Assembly (NCBI GenBank): GCA_005880575.1
Contig: VBIZ01000109.1
Location: 1-60,188, forward strand
Reading direction: 5' to 3'
Length of the DNA stretch: 60,188 nt
From: Chloroflexota bacterium
Lineage (GTDB): Bacteria; Chloroflexota; Limnocylindria; P2-11E
In this document: piece after piece, positions 10,012-18,370 of the stretch
Numbering within the stretch: position 1 is the first letter of the stretch
Layout of the letters: each line of letters opens with the position of its first letter
Position numbers and translations under genes: made by a program
Notes under the pieces: model-generated
Seen by the model: the letters and a program-made list of their open reading frames with translations, nothing else
What the model was told of the DNA's origin: nothing
Database searches by the model: none

Positions 10012-10475
10012 GACGAGCCCAGCTCGCTCTCGCGCCAGCCGTCGGTCGAGAGCGCGAGCGTTACCGGTCCGTCCGCTTCGAGACTGACCAGCATTGCCGC
10101 GCCGAACCGGCCCTGGCGGACCTCGAGGCCGCTCCCGCGAACCGCGCCGCAGAACGCTTCGAAGAGCCGTTTACCAAGCTCGGGCGGCGCTGCCGCGGTG
10201 AAGTCCGGCCGGCGCCCATGGCGGGCGTCGCCGTACAGGGTGAATTGCGGAACGACGAGCACTACCCCGCCGACGTCGGCGAGCGCCCGTTGCATCTTGC
10301 CCGCCTCTTCGAAGATGCGGAGGCCCGCGATCTTGGCGGCGAGGCGTTCGCCGTCCTCCGGACGGTCCTTCGCGCCGACCCCGAGGAGGATCACGACACC
10401 GGACTTGATCTCAGCGATGCGCTCCTCACCGACGGCGACGCTCGCCGAGCGAACACGCTGAACGACCGCGCGCGT
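10008..10475 (-). CDS. dtd: D-aminoacyl-tRNA deacylase
   Basis: Sequence (T)RAVVQRVRSASVAVGEERIAEIKSGVVILLGVG...VVPQFTLYGD matches Dtd end to end. Homology continues upstream of the first canonical start (GTG 10394) up to an ACG codon at 10475..10473, which has GGAGGT 9 nt upstream. The start is therefore uncertain. Confidence 0.85.
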   Translation of the reverse strand, partial: TRAVVQRVRSASVAVGEERIAEIKSGVVILLGVGAKDRPEDGERLAAKIAGLRIFEEAGKMQRALADVGGVVLVVPQFTLYGDARHGRRPDFTAAAPPELGKRLFEAFCGAVRGSGLEVRQGRFGAAMLVSLEADGPVTLALSTDGWRESELGSS

Positions 10476-10494
10476 TAGACGCCTACCTCCGGCC

Positions 10495-10701
10495 TCATCC
10501 CAACATCCATGGATTGTCGCCGCGGACGACCGCCTCGACCTCCGGGGCCGAGAGGTGGCCCGGTGTGAACACCGTCATGTTCTTACCGAGCGGAAGGCGC
10601 GTGATGAACGTGACCTTTCCGAAGCGGTAGCCGTGCTGGAACAGGAAGGGCGTCCCGTCGATCTCGAGTCTTTGCCGATGGGCGGTCGACGTCGCCGGCA
10701 C
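10495..10701 (-). CDS. Hypothetical 68-aa protein
   Basis: GTG start 18 nt after the stop of the upstream peptide gene and in the same frame. Strong GC3 bias typical of coding sequence here. No family recognised. Confidence 0.45.
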   Translation of the reverse strand: MPATSTAHRQRLEIDGTPFLFQHGYRFGKVTFITRLPLGKNMTVFTPGHLSAPEVEAVVRGDNPWMLG

Positions 10702-10719
10702 GCCCGTCAGTATGGCTCG

Positions 10720-10941
10720 TTAGATGCCCGGCCAGGGATCCTCGGGAAAGCTAGTGGTCGGGAGACCCCACGGGTCCTCCGGGAAACTCTGGGTTGCGGT
10801 GCCGCCAATGAGGCTCGGTGAAGGCTCGACGGGAGCGCTGGGGGTCGGGGTGTCGTCGCCAAAGGCGACATTTCCGAGCAGACCGATCGAGAGGATCGCC
10901 ATGACGAGCGCTGCCAGCACACGCGAGCGGAACGGTCTCAT
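10720..10941 (-). CDS. Small secreted pro-peptide (73 aa) with a C-terminal tandem SFPEDPW repeat
   Basis: ATG with GGGGAG 6 nt upstream. The N-terminus MRPFRSRVLAALVMAILSIGLLGNVAFG looks like a Sec signal peptide. The mature part ends ...TQSFPEDPWGLPTTSFPEDPWPGI. Confidence 0.6.
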   Translation of the reverse strand: MRPFRSRVLAALVMAILSIGLLGNVAFGDDTPTPSAPVEPSPSLIGGTATQSFPEDPWGLPTTSFPEDPWPGI

Positions 10942-10992
10942 CTCGTTCTCCCCACATTGTCCGCGCCGACAGCGGCCAGTATTGTTCCCACA

Positions 10993-11039
10993 GTCTAGAG
11001 AATCCGAACGTTTCGTCGCGTTGTCAGTTCGGTCTAGAC
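10993..11039. promoter_or_regulatory. Imperfect inverted repeat (GTCTAGA-gaat-CCGAAC ... GTTCGG-TCTAGAC) in the divergent promoter region. Candidate operator.
   Basis: The arms at 10993..11009 and 11027..11039 are reverse complements apart from a 4-nt bulge. The repeat sits between the peptide gene and the XRE-TPR regulator gene. Confidence 0.3.
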
Positions 11040-11051
11040 AGGGGAGCGTCG

Positions 11052-12368
11052 GTGGCGAGTCTGCCTGAAGCAGTTCAGAAGCCGGTCACCTTGGGCGAGC
11101 GAGTCCGTGCTGCTCGACACGCCCTTGGGATGAGCCAGGCGCAGCTTGCAGGCGACGAGCTGACCAAGGGCTTTATTAGTCAGGTCGAGGCCGGTCTCGT
11201 TCGTCCGTCGCTCCGCTCTTTGCAGATCATTGCGACAAGACTCGGCCGCAGCCTCGACTACTTCATCGGTGACGAGTCGCTCGCCGGCGCCAAGCGCCGC
11301 GTTTTCCACCGCCTCGCGGCGCAGGCCGCGGTCGAACGGCACGATTGGGCGGCGGTTCGTCGCGAAGCCACGTCCGCGCTCGGACTCCAGGCACAGGGTG
11401 GCGAGCGCGCCACGCTGCTTCGCTACCTGGCGAACGCCGATGCGGCCGAGGGTAAAAGAGAGCAGGCGTTCGAACGGCTCGCGGAGGCGATGGCCCTGGT
11501 CGACGCGAACAGTGACGCGACCGAGCTCGCGAATCTCCTGCACGCGCGCGGTGTCCTGTACGTGGAGCACGGTCAGCTCGCGGCGGGCGCCGAATCGCTC
11601 GAGGCGGCGCGCGACGTCATGGAGCAGCGTGAGATCACCGACCCGCGCCTTCGCGCGAGGACCCTCGTTCATCTCGGCACCGTCTATCGCCGGCTCCACC
11701 GCACCGTCAAAGCGCTTGCCACCTACGAGCTCGCTCTCGCCGTAGCCTCGCGTTCGAGCGAGCTTCGCCTCGCCGCGCAGAGCTATATGGGTGTCGCCGT
11801 CGCGCTCTACGACGCCGGCGAGCTCGACGGCGCGATCGGGAATTATCAGCGCGCGCTCGGGTTGCTCGAGCGTGTCTCGGACACCGCCATCGAGCTGTCG
11901 GTGATGCAGTCGCTCGCGACGGTCCAGTTCGAGCACGGCGACATGAACGCCGCGCGCGAAACGGTCGATCGCTGCAGCGAGCGCGCCGCGCTCGCGGGCG
12001 ACGTCCGCGTCGGCGCGATCGTCGACGTGTTGCGCGCCCGGATCACCCTCGAGGAGGGCGACTGCGAAAGCGCGCTCCGCCTCGCCGAGAACGCGGAAGC
12101 ACGGCTGGCCGATCTCGGCGACCATCGCCAGCAGGCCGACGCGTTGCGCGTCGCCGGGGCCGCGGCGCACGCGCGCGGCGACTTCACCTCGTCTGACGAG
12201 GCATACCGAAAGGCCATCGAGATCCTTGCCTCGATCGAAGACCATCCTGACCTCTCGACGCTCGCCGCCGAGTACGCGCAAAAGCTTCGCGCGCGCGGCG
12301 ATCTCGAGTCCGCGTTCGCGTACCTCGAGCTCGCGCGCGACCCCGCCGCTTCGCGCCCCGCGTCCTGA
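11052..12368 (+). CDS. XRE-family HTH transcriptional regulator with a C-terminal TPR-like repeat domain
   Basis: N-terminal HTH LGERVRAARHALGMSQAQLA...ISQVEAG...LQIIATRLGRSLDYF, followed by about 350 aa of helical repeats with TPR-like A/L/Y/G spacing. GTG start with GGGGAG upstream. Confidence 0.8.
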   Translation: MASLPEAVQKPVTLGERVRAARHALGMSQAQLAGDELTKGFISQVEAGLVRPSLRSLQIIATRLGRSLDYFIGDESLAGAKRRVFHRLAAQAAVERHDWAAVRREATSALGLQAQGGERATLLRYLANADAAEGKREQAFERLAEAMALVDANSDATELANLLHARGVLYVEHGQLAAGAESLEAARDVMEQREITDPRLRARTLVHLGTVYRRLHRTVKALATYELALAVASRSSELRLAAQSYMGVAVALYDAGELDGAIGNYQRALGLLERVSDTAIELSVMQSLATVQFEHGDMNAARETVDRCSERAALAGDVRVGAIVDVLRARITLEEGDCESALRLAENAEARLADLGDHRQQADALRVAGAAAHARGDFTSSDEAYRKAIEILASIEDHPDLSTLAAEYAQKLRARGDLESAFAYLELARDPAASRPAS

Positions 12369-12394
12369 TCGGGGAAGCGCCGTAGCATCGGGGC

Positions 12395-14143
12395 GTGCCC
12401 CTCGATGCCCTCGCCGTCGGTAACGACGCCATCGCGAAGGTGCTCGACGAGATTGGCGACCTGATCGAGCTCAAAGGCGAGAACGTCTTCCGCGCCGTCA
12501 CATACCGCGCGGCCGCTCGCTCGATACGCGACCTGCGGGAGCCGCTCTCGAAGCTCGTGGAAGAGCGTCGCCTGAAGGAGATTCCCAAGGTCGGGTCGTC
12601 GGTCAGTGAAGCGATCGAGCAGATCGTCGCCACGGGCCGGTCGAAGCGTCACGACGAGCTGCAGGCCGCCGTGCCGCCGGGCCTGCTGACGTTGCTGCGG
12701 GTGCCGGGGGTCGGCCCCGCCACCGCGCGAACGATCTACGAGCACCTGAAGATCACCACGGTCGAGGAGCTCGAAGAGGCCGCGAAGGACCACCGGCTCC
12801 AGCAGCTTCCGAAGATCCAGGCGAAGACCGAGGAGAACATCCTCCGCTCGATCGCGGCGCTGAAGCAGCGGACCGGACGCTCCCTCCTCCACGAGGCACG
12901 GGCGGCCGCCACGACGATGGTCGATTACCTTCGCGCCGAGACCGGCGTTACCCAGATCGAGATCGCGGGGAGCCTGCGCCGGTACAAGGAGACGATCGGC
13001 GATATCGATATCGTCGTCGCCGGCGACACCGCCGCGCCGATCTTCGAGCTCTTCGCGAAGGCCCCGACCGTCGAGCGGGTGCTCGCGCGCGGCGACACCA
13101 AGTGCTCGGTCATCGTCGACCGTGGCCTCCAGATCGATCTCCGCGTCGTCCCGGCGCGGTCGTTCGGGGCCGCACTCCTCTATTTCACGGGCTCAAAGGA
13201 ACACAACGTGCGCCTGCGCGGCCTGGCCCTGCGCCGCAAGCTCCTTCTCAACGAGTACGGCCTCTATCGGGTCGGCGCTGAGGAGCGCGGCCAGGAGATC
13301 GCCTCGCTCACGGAGCAGGAGGTCTACGCCGCGCTCGAGATGGACTTCATCCCACCGGAGCTCCGCGAGGATCGAGGGGAGGTCGATGCCGCGAAATCCC
13401 ACGCGCTGCCGAACCTCGTCGAGCTGGCCCGAGTACGTGGCGATCTGCACACCCACACGAACTGGACGGATGGCCGCGACCCGCTCGCGGACATGGCGCG
13501 GCGCGCGCGCGCGAAGGGCTACGCCTACCTTGCGGTGACCGACCACTCGCCTGGTCTCGGCATGACGAACGGTCTTTCGCCCGAGCGGATCGAGGCACGC
13601 CTTGCCGAGGCGGCGCGGCTCAACGCGGAGCTCGCGCCGTTCCGCATCATCGTCGGCACCGAGGTCGACATCCGTGCGAACGGGGCTCTCGACTATCCCG
13701 ATCAGCTCCTCGCGAAATTCGACATCGTGAGCGCCTCGGTGCACTCGTCCTTCGCGCAGACGCGGGAGCAGATGACGGCGCGCGTCGTCGGTGCGATGCG
13801 CCATCCGCTCGTGACGGCGCTCTCGCACCCCACCGGGCGGCTTCTGGAGAAGCGCGAGCCCCACGCTGTCGACCTCGACAAGGTCATCGACGCCGCGGTC
13901 GAGACCGGGACGTGGATCGAGGTGAACGGCGGGCCCGAGCGCCTCGACCTTCCGGACACGTGGATCCGCAAGGCCGTCGAGCGCGGCGCGACGCTCGTCG
14001 CGAACTCGGATGCGCACGCGATCGAGGAGCTCGACTGGATGGACCTCGCCGTTGGAACCGCACGACGGGGATGGGCGCCCGAGGGAAATATCGCGAACGT
14101 GCGCGATCTCGACGCCATGCTCGCGTCGCGGAAGAAGCGCTGA
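12395..14143 (+). CDS. polX: Family X DNA polymerase with a C-terminal PHP phosphoesterase domain (PolX)
   Basis: HhH motifs (GVGPATA), Pol-beta nucleotidyltransferase motif GSLRRYKETIGDIDIVV and PHP motif GDLHTHTNWTDG...VTDHS. Confidence 0.9.
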   Translation: MPLDALAVGNDAIAKVLDEIGDLIELKGENVFRAVTYRAAARSIRDLREPLSKLVEERRLKEIPKVGSSVSEAIEQIVATGRSKRHDELQAAVPPGLLTLLRVPGVGPATARTIYEHLKITTVEELEEAAKDHRLQQLPKIQAKTEENILRSIAALKQRTGRSLLHEARAAATTMVDYLRAETGVTQIEIAGSLRRYKETIGDIDIVVAGDTAAPIFELFAKAPTVERVLARGDTKCSVIVDRGLQIDLRVVPARSFGAALLYFTGSKEHNVRLRGLALRRKLLLNEYGLYRVGAEERGQEIASLTEQEVYAALEMDFIPPELREDRGEVDAAKSHALPNLVELARVRGDLHTHTNWTDGRDPLADMARRARAKGYAYLAVTDHSPGLGMTNGLSPERIEARLAEAARLNAELAPFRIIVGTEVDIRANGALDYPDQLLAKFDIVSASVHSSFAQTREQMTARVVGAMRHPLVTALSHPTGRLLEKREPHAVDLDKVIDAAVETGTWIEVNGGPERLDLPDTWIRKAVERGATLVANSDAHAIEELDWMDLAVGTARRGWAPEGNIANVRDLDAMLASRKKR

Positions 14144-14433
14144 TGGCGCGGGCTCGGTTCGTCGTCCACGGTTCGGTCCAGGGCGTGAACTTTCGGGCGA
14201 GCGCGGTACGAGAGGCCCTGCGCCTGGCCATCACCGGTCGTGTCTGGAACCGCGACGACGGGTCGGTCGAGCTCATCGCCGAGGGAAGCGGCGGCGCGCT
14301 TGCGTCGCTGCAGAACTGGTTGAACGAGGGCCCGCCCGGAGCGGACGTGAGCGACGTCGAGCGCACCGAGCTCGGCGGAAAGCCGCGTTACGAAGGCTTC
14401 AACATCACCTGGAGCGCACCGAGAGGGGACTAG
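14143..14433 (+). CDS. acyP: Acylphosphatase
   Basis: Motif VHGSVQGVNFR. About 96 aa. The ATG overlaps the polX TGA (TGATG). Confidence 0.85.
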   Translation: MARARFVVHGSVQGVNFRASAVREALRLAITGRVWNRDDGSVELIAEGSGGALASLQNWLNEGPPGADVSDVERTELGGKPRYEGFNITWSAPRGD

Positions 14434-14822
14434 CGGCGCCGCTTCCTCTTGCGTCCGGCCCTCGGGAAGTAGGCCTGACGGCGGCGCTCTCGCTCCCATG
14501 CGGCCTCGCGCGGGGGCAGGTACGTCCAATACAGGTACACGACGAACGCCACGTTCGCGATGATCGAAACCGCGATCACCCAGAAGGGCACGCCCGCTCG
14601 CAGGAGCACCAGGTACCAAATGAGGAAGACCACGTTCGTCCAGAAAGCCCACGGTCGGATGCCGATCTCCGGCGGAGGCGTCGTACGGCTGCGCCAGTTG
14701 TACCAAATGATGTTCGCGATGAACGACACCACCACCGCGATCACCGCGGGCCAATAGAAGCGGGACTCGCTGTTGAATGGCTGGAACAAGCGATCAAAGA
14801 AGTGCTGGGGATCGAACGGCAT
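14430..14822 (-). CDS. Membrane protein of unknown function with a poly-basic C-terminus
   Basis: Three hydrophobic segments rich in W/Y/F, a KRKRRR tail and high GC3. Confidence 0.55.
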   Translation of the reverse strand: MPFDPQHFFDRLFQPFNSESRFYWPAVIAVVVSFIANIIWYNWRSRTTPPPEIGIRPWAFWTNVVFLIWYLVLLRAGVPFWVIAVSIIANVAFVVYLYWTYLPPREAAWERERRRQAYFPRAGRKRKRRR

Positions 14823-16391
14823 GGACTGGCTATACTAGTCGCGCTGCGAGCCCTCCTCTCTGTCTCTGATCGCACCGGACTCGACGCGTTCGCGCGCGGA
14901 TTGCAGGACCTCGGATGGGAGCTCATCGCCACCGACGGGACGCGGGCCGCGCTCGCCGCCGAGGGCATCACCTCGCGCTCTGTCGAGGACGTGACCGGCC
15001 AGCCGGCGCTTCTTGGCGGTCGCGTGAAGACGCTGCATCCGAAGATCCACGCCGCGCTCCTGGCGCGCCGCGATGATCCGGCACATCGCGATGAGCTCAA
15101 GCGCGAGGGCATCGAGCCGATCGATCTGGTCGCCGTCAATCTGTACCCGTTCGCCGAGAATGCGGCCTCCGGAAAGAGCGGCGCCATGCTCCTCGATCAG
15201 ATCGACATCGGCGGCGCGACGATCCTCCGGGCCGCGGCGAAGAATTACGAGCACGTCGTCGTCGTCGCGCGGCCGGAACGCTACGCCGCCGTGCTCGATG
15301 AGCTGAAGCAGCGGAGCAACGTGTCGCTGGAGACCCGTCGCGTTCTCGCGTCGGAGGCGTTCAGCCACACCGCTGCCTACGACGCGGCCGTCGCTTCGCG
15401 CTTCGCGAGCGAGGCGGGCGTCCAGTTCCCGGACGAGCTGACGCTCTCGCTCCGCAAGGTCCGCGACCTGCGCTACGGCGAAAATCCGCACCAGCAGGCC
15501 GCGATGTATGCCGTGCGGGGCGAGGACGGCGCCATGACCAGCATGCAGCAGCTGCACGGTAAGGCAACGAGCTTCAACAACATGCTCGACATCAATGCGG
15601 CATGGCGAGTCGCGACCGACTTCGCGCAGCCGACGGTCGCGATCATCAAGCACCAGAACCCGTGCGGGGTCGCGTCGGACAACGAGGTCACGAAGGCATA
15701 CCGCCGCGCCTTCATGTGCGACTCGGTCTCGGCGTTCGGCGGCATCGTCGGAGCGAATCGCATCGTGACGCGCGATCTCGCCGCGGCCATGGAGGGCACG
15801 TTCTACGAAGCGATCATCGCGCCCGGCTACGAGGACGAGGCCCTGCCCATCCTTCGGCAGCGAAGGAATCTGGAGATACTCGCCGTTCCCGGCCACGCGA
15901 TCGTCGGCGGACGGCTCGCGCGCAAGAACGGCGGCGCTTTCGATTACAAGCGGATCGCCGGCGGCATGCTCGTGCAAACGCCCGACGAGTCCGCGGTAGA
16001 CGAGGGCAACTTCAAGGTCGCCACGGAGCGCACCCCGTCGCTCGAGGAGCTCACTGACCTTTTGTTCGCGTGGCGCTGCGTGAAGCACGTGACCTCGAAC
16101 GCCATCGTCCTCGCCAAGGGCCTCGCGACCGTCGGCGTCGGCCCGGGCCAGATGTCACGCGTGGTCGCTGTCGAGACCGCTGTCCGCAAGGCGGGCGAGA
16201 ACGCGCGGCTCGCGGTCATGGCGTCGGACGCGTACTTCCCGTTCCCCGACGGCATCGAGGTCGCCGCGCGCGCGGGCGTGACCGCGATCATCCAACCGGG
16301 CGGGTCCCTCCGCGACGCGATGATGATCGACACCGCGAACAAGAACCACATGGCGATGCTGTTCACGGGACGCCGGCACTTCAAGCACTGA
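14802..16391 (+). CDS. purH: Bifunctional AICAR transformylase / IMP cyclohydrolase
   Basis: Motifs RALLSVSDRTGL and GGRVKTLHPKIH, with full-length PurH similarity. The tracked ORF (from 14010) is an artefactual 5' extension. The nearest canonical start is GTG 14802, which overlaps the divergent gene by 21 nt, so the start is uncertain. Confidence 0.92.
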   Translation: MLGIERHGLAILVALRALLSVSDRTGLDAFARGLQDLGWELIATDGTRAALAAEGITSRSVEDVTGQPALLGGRVKTLHPKIHAALLARRDDPAHRDELKREGIEPIDLVAVNLYPFAENAASGKSGAMLLDQIDIGGATILRAAAKNYEHVVVVARPERYAAVLDELKQRSNVSLETRRVLASEAFSHTAAYDAAVASRFASEAGVQFPDELTLSLRKVRDLRYGENPHQQAAMYAVRGEDGAMTSMQQLHGKATSFNNMLDINAAWRVATDFAQPTVAIIKHQNPCGVASDNEVTKAYRRAFMCDSVSAFGGIVGANRIVTRDLAAAMEGTFYEAIIAPGYEDEALPILRQRRNLEILAVPGHAIVGGRLARKNGGAFDYKRIAGGMLVQTPDESAVDEGNFKVATERTPSLEELTDLLFAWRCVKHVTSNAIVLAKGLATVGVGPGQMSRVVAVETAVRKAGENARLAVMASDAYFPFPDGIEVAARAGVTAIIQPGGSLRDAMMIDTANKNHMAMLFTGRRHFKH

Positions 16392-16783
16392 TGCCGGACC
16401 AGCAGACCTGCGGCAAAGGCCTATCGCAGAACGCGGCGCTAGCCGCAAAGCTCGCTCTGGTCACCGACGCCGTCGGCGACAACCACGCGGAGCACCTGAC
16501 CGCGCTCGATGAGCACGATCCGGCGGCGCGACGGGAGCGTGACGCGTACACGGCGCTTCTGACGAAGCATCGAGTCGCCGCGCAGCAGCTTCGGGAGATC
16601 GCTGACGACATGGCGGGATATCGCGATATGCCCATGGCGCCGCATGACCCCGTGGTCATGCGCGATCCGAAGCTTCGCCGCGCGTTCGAGCAACTTGTCG
16701 CGCGTGAGAAAGAGCTGCGCGCGTACCTGGACGAGCGGATCGAACGCGAAGAGGGGATGCTCGCTGCGGCGAGACGCGGCTAG
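16391..16783 (+). CDS. Hypothetical helical protein (about 130 aa)
   Basis: The ATG overlaps the purH TGA (TGATG). High GC3. No family recognised. Confidence 0.5.
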   Translation: MPDQQTCGKGLSQNAALAAKLALVTDAVGDNHAEHLTALDEHDPAARRERDAYTALLTKHRVAAQQLREIADDMAGYRDMPMAPHDPVVMRDPKLRRAFEQLVAREKELRAYLDERIEREEGMLAAARRG

Positions 16784-17550
16784 GCGAGCGCGCGTTCGAG
16801 CTCGCCTCGGTTCTCGTCGATGTATCCGAGGTCCTTCACGAACATCTGGCGTGGCGTGTCCCAGCCAACGAGCCGCACCATCCCGGGATCGCCGAGCTTC
16901 GCCTGCTCGTCGATGAATCGCCCGACGTGCACCAGCCGCGCACGGAGCGCGGGGATGAGCGCTGCGCGATCTTCGAGCCCGTAGGCGTCGGCGAAGAGCC
17001 CGAGACGCCGAGCGCGCTCGCGGCTATCTGGTATCGCGCTGGCCCCTGCGATGAGCGGCACCCAGCAGTACGCGGCATTCGCGACGTCCCACATACGCGG
17101 ACCCGGCCCGGCGAGATCCCAGTCGAGCGTGAGCGCGAACCGGCCGTCGCGAAACAACGCGTTCCACGGCGACCAATCGTTGTGGAGGATGAGCTCGTGC
17201 GGCCCCGGACTCACGAGCCGCCACACAAGCTCGGGAGACGGACGGAAGCGGGCGACGATGTCGTGGTAGCGGCGCAGCAGACGTGCGGCTTCGATCATGT
17301 GGCCTTCATCGAACACCGAATCGGGGAGCGGGATCGGGTTGCCCGCGTGGGCCTCGCCCTCGATGTAGTCGAGGACCTCGCGCCCTTCCTCGTCCATCCC
17401 GCGAGCGCGTGGCGCCGGAAACCCTTCCGCCTCGAGGAAGCGCAGCAACGTATGGACGGCTGGCGTCCACGGCCCCGCGCGACGACGCACCGTGTCCCCG
17501 ACACGGACGGCATCGTTGAGATTGCCGCCGAGCGGTAGTTCCTCCGCCAT
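16780..17550 (-). CDS. APH/choline-kinase-fold phosphotransferase, tandem paralog 2
   Basis: Brenner-type catalytic motif LILHNDWSPWNALF followed by LDWDLAG. The N-terminus is similar to the upstream paralog. Confidence 0.8.
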   Translation of the reverse strand: MAEELPLGGNLNDAVRVGDTVRRRAGPWTPAVHTLLRFLEAEGFPAPRARGMDEEGREVLDYIEGEAHAGNPIPLPDSVFDEGHMIEAARLLRRYHDIVARFRPSPELVWRLVSPGPHELILHNDWSPWNALFRDGRFALTLDWDLAGPGPRMWDVANAAYCWVPLIAGASAIPDSRERARRLGLFADAYGLEDRAALIPALRARLVHVGRFIDEQAKLGDPGMVRLVGWDTPRQMFVKDLGYIDENRGELERALA

Positions 17551-17595
17551 CGTGGGAAGAGACTAGGCGCGCTCGAAGTGGTGGAACCTCTCCCG

Positions 17596-18360
17596 TTAGG
17601 TCAGCGCCCGCTCGAGCACGCCACGATGCTCGTCTTGATAGGCAGCATCGCGCCTCATCCGCGCCGGGACGCCCCAATCGGCCAGCTTCATAGCGCCCTT
17701 GTCTCCGAGGTGCGCCTGCTCCGCGATGTGCTCGCCCACGAAGAGCGTGCGCTTCCTCAGCACGTCGAGGAGCGGCGCGCGGTCCGACAGTCCGTACGCA
17801 TCGCAGAAACGACGCAGGCGGACCGCGCGCTCGTCGATCGAGAATCCGCCCGACTCTGAAAGGAGCGGGACCCACGAGTACGCGGTGTTCGCGATGTCCC
17901 AGAGGCGAGTCCCTGGACCCGCCATGTCCCAATCGAGCATGACCGCAAGACGGCGGTCGCGGAAGAGCGCGTTCCCTGGTGCCCAGTCGTTGTGGCAGAT
18001 GATCTCGTGGGCCGTCGGCGCGACGAATCGCCATCGCGGGTTGGCCGGCGGCACGAAACTCTCGACGAGGTCGTGGTAGCGACGGAGCAGACGGGCACCC
18101 GCGGCGAGGTGATCGTCGTCCCTGACCCAATCCGGGGCCGGATCAGGCCAGCCCGGATGCACATCGCCGTCGATGTACTCGAGTATTTCGCGGCCCTGCT
18201 CGTCAATCCCACGGGCGCGAGGCGCTTCGAACCCGGCGCTCTCGAGGAATCGAAGTAGCGCGTGGACCGCCGGAGTCCACGGCCCGGCGCGCCGCCTGAC
18301 CGTGTCGCCGACGCGCGTCGCGTCGTTCATGTTCCCGCCGATGAAGGGCACTTCCTTCAT
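17596..18360 (-). CDS. APH/choline-kinase-fold phosphotransferase, tandem paralog 1
   Basis: Motifs IICHNDWAPGNALF...LDWDMAG. Clearly paralogous to 16780..17550 (shared VGDTVRRRAGPWTPAVH.LLRFLE). Confidence 0.8.
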   Translation of the reverse strand: MKEVPFIGGNMNDATRVGDTVRRRAGPWTPAVHALLRFLESAGFEAPRARGIDEQGREILEYIDGDVHPGWPDPAPDWVRDDDHLAAGARLLRRYHDLVESFVPPANPRWRFVAPTAHEIICHNDWAPGNALFRDRRLAVMLDWDMAGPGTRLWDIANTAYSWVPLLSESGGFSIDERAVRLRRFCDAYGLSDRAPLLDVLRKRTLFVGEHIAEQAHLGDKGAMKLADWGVPARMRRDAAYQDEHRGVLERALT

Positions 18361-18370
18361 GGCGACGACC

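Noticed and set aside
11034-12892. Minus-strand ORFs of 415 aa and 348 aa opposite the XRE-TPR regulator and the polX 5' end
   Set aside because: These are shadow ORFs. The plus-strand frames carry the HTH/TPR and PolX motifs and show the expected GC3 bias.
14010-14801. The long 5' extension of the purH ORF (tracked ORF 14010..16391)
   Set aside because: The extension overlaps the polX 3' end and acylphosphatase in another frame, and is antisense to the 14430..14822 membrane protein. It is Arg-rich low-complexity sequence. PurH homology begins only around 14840.
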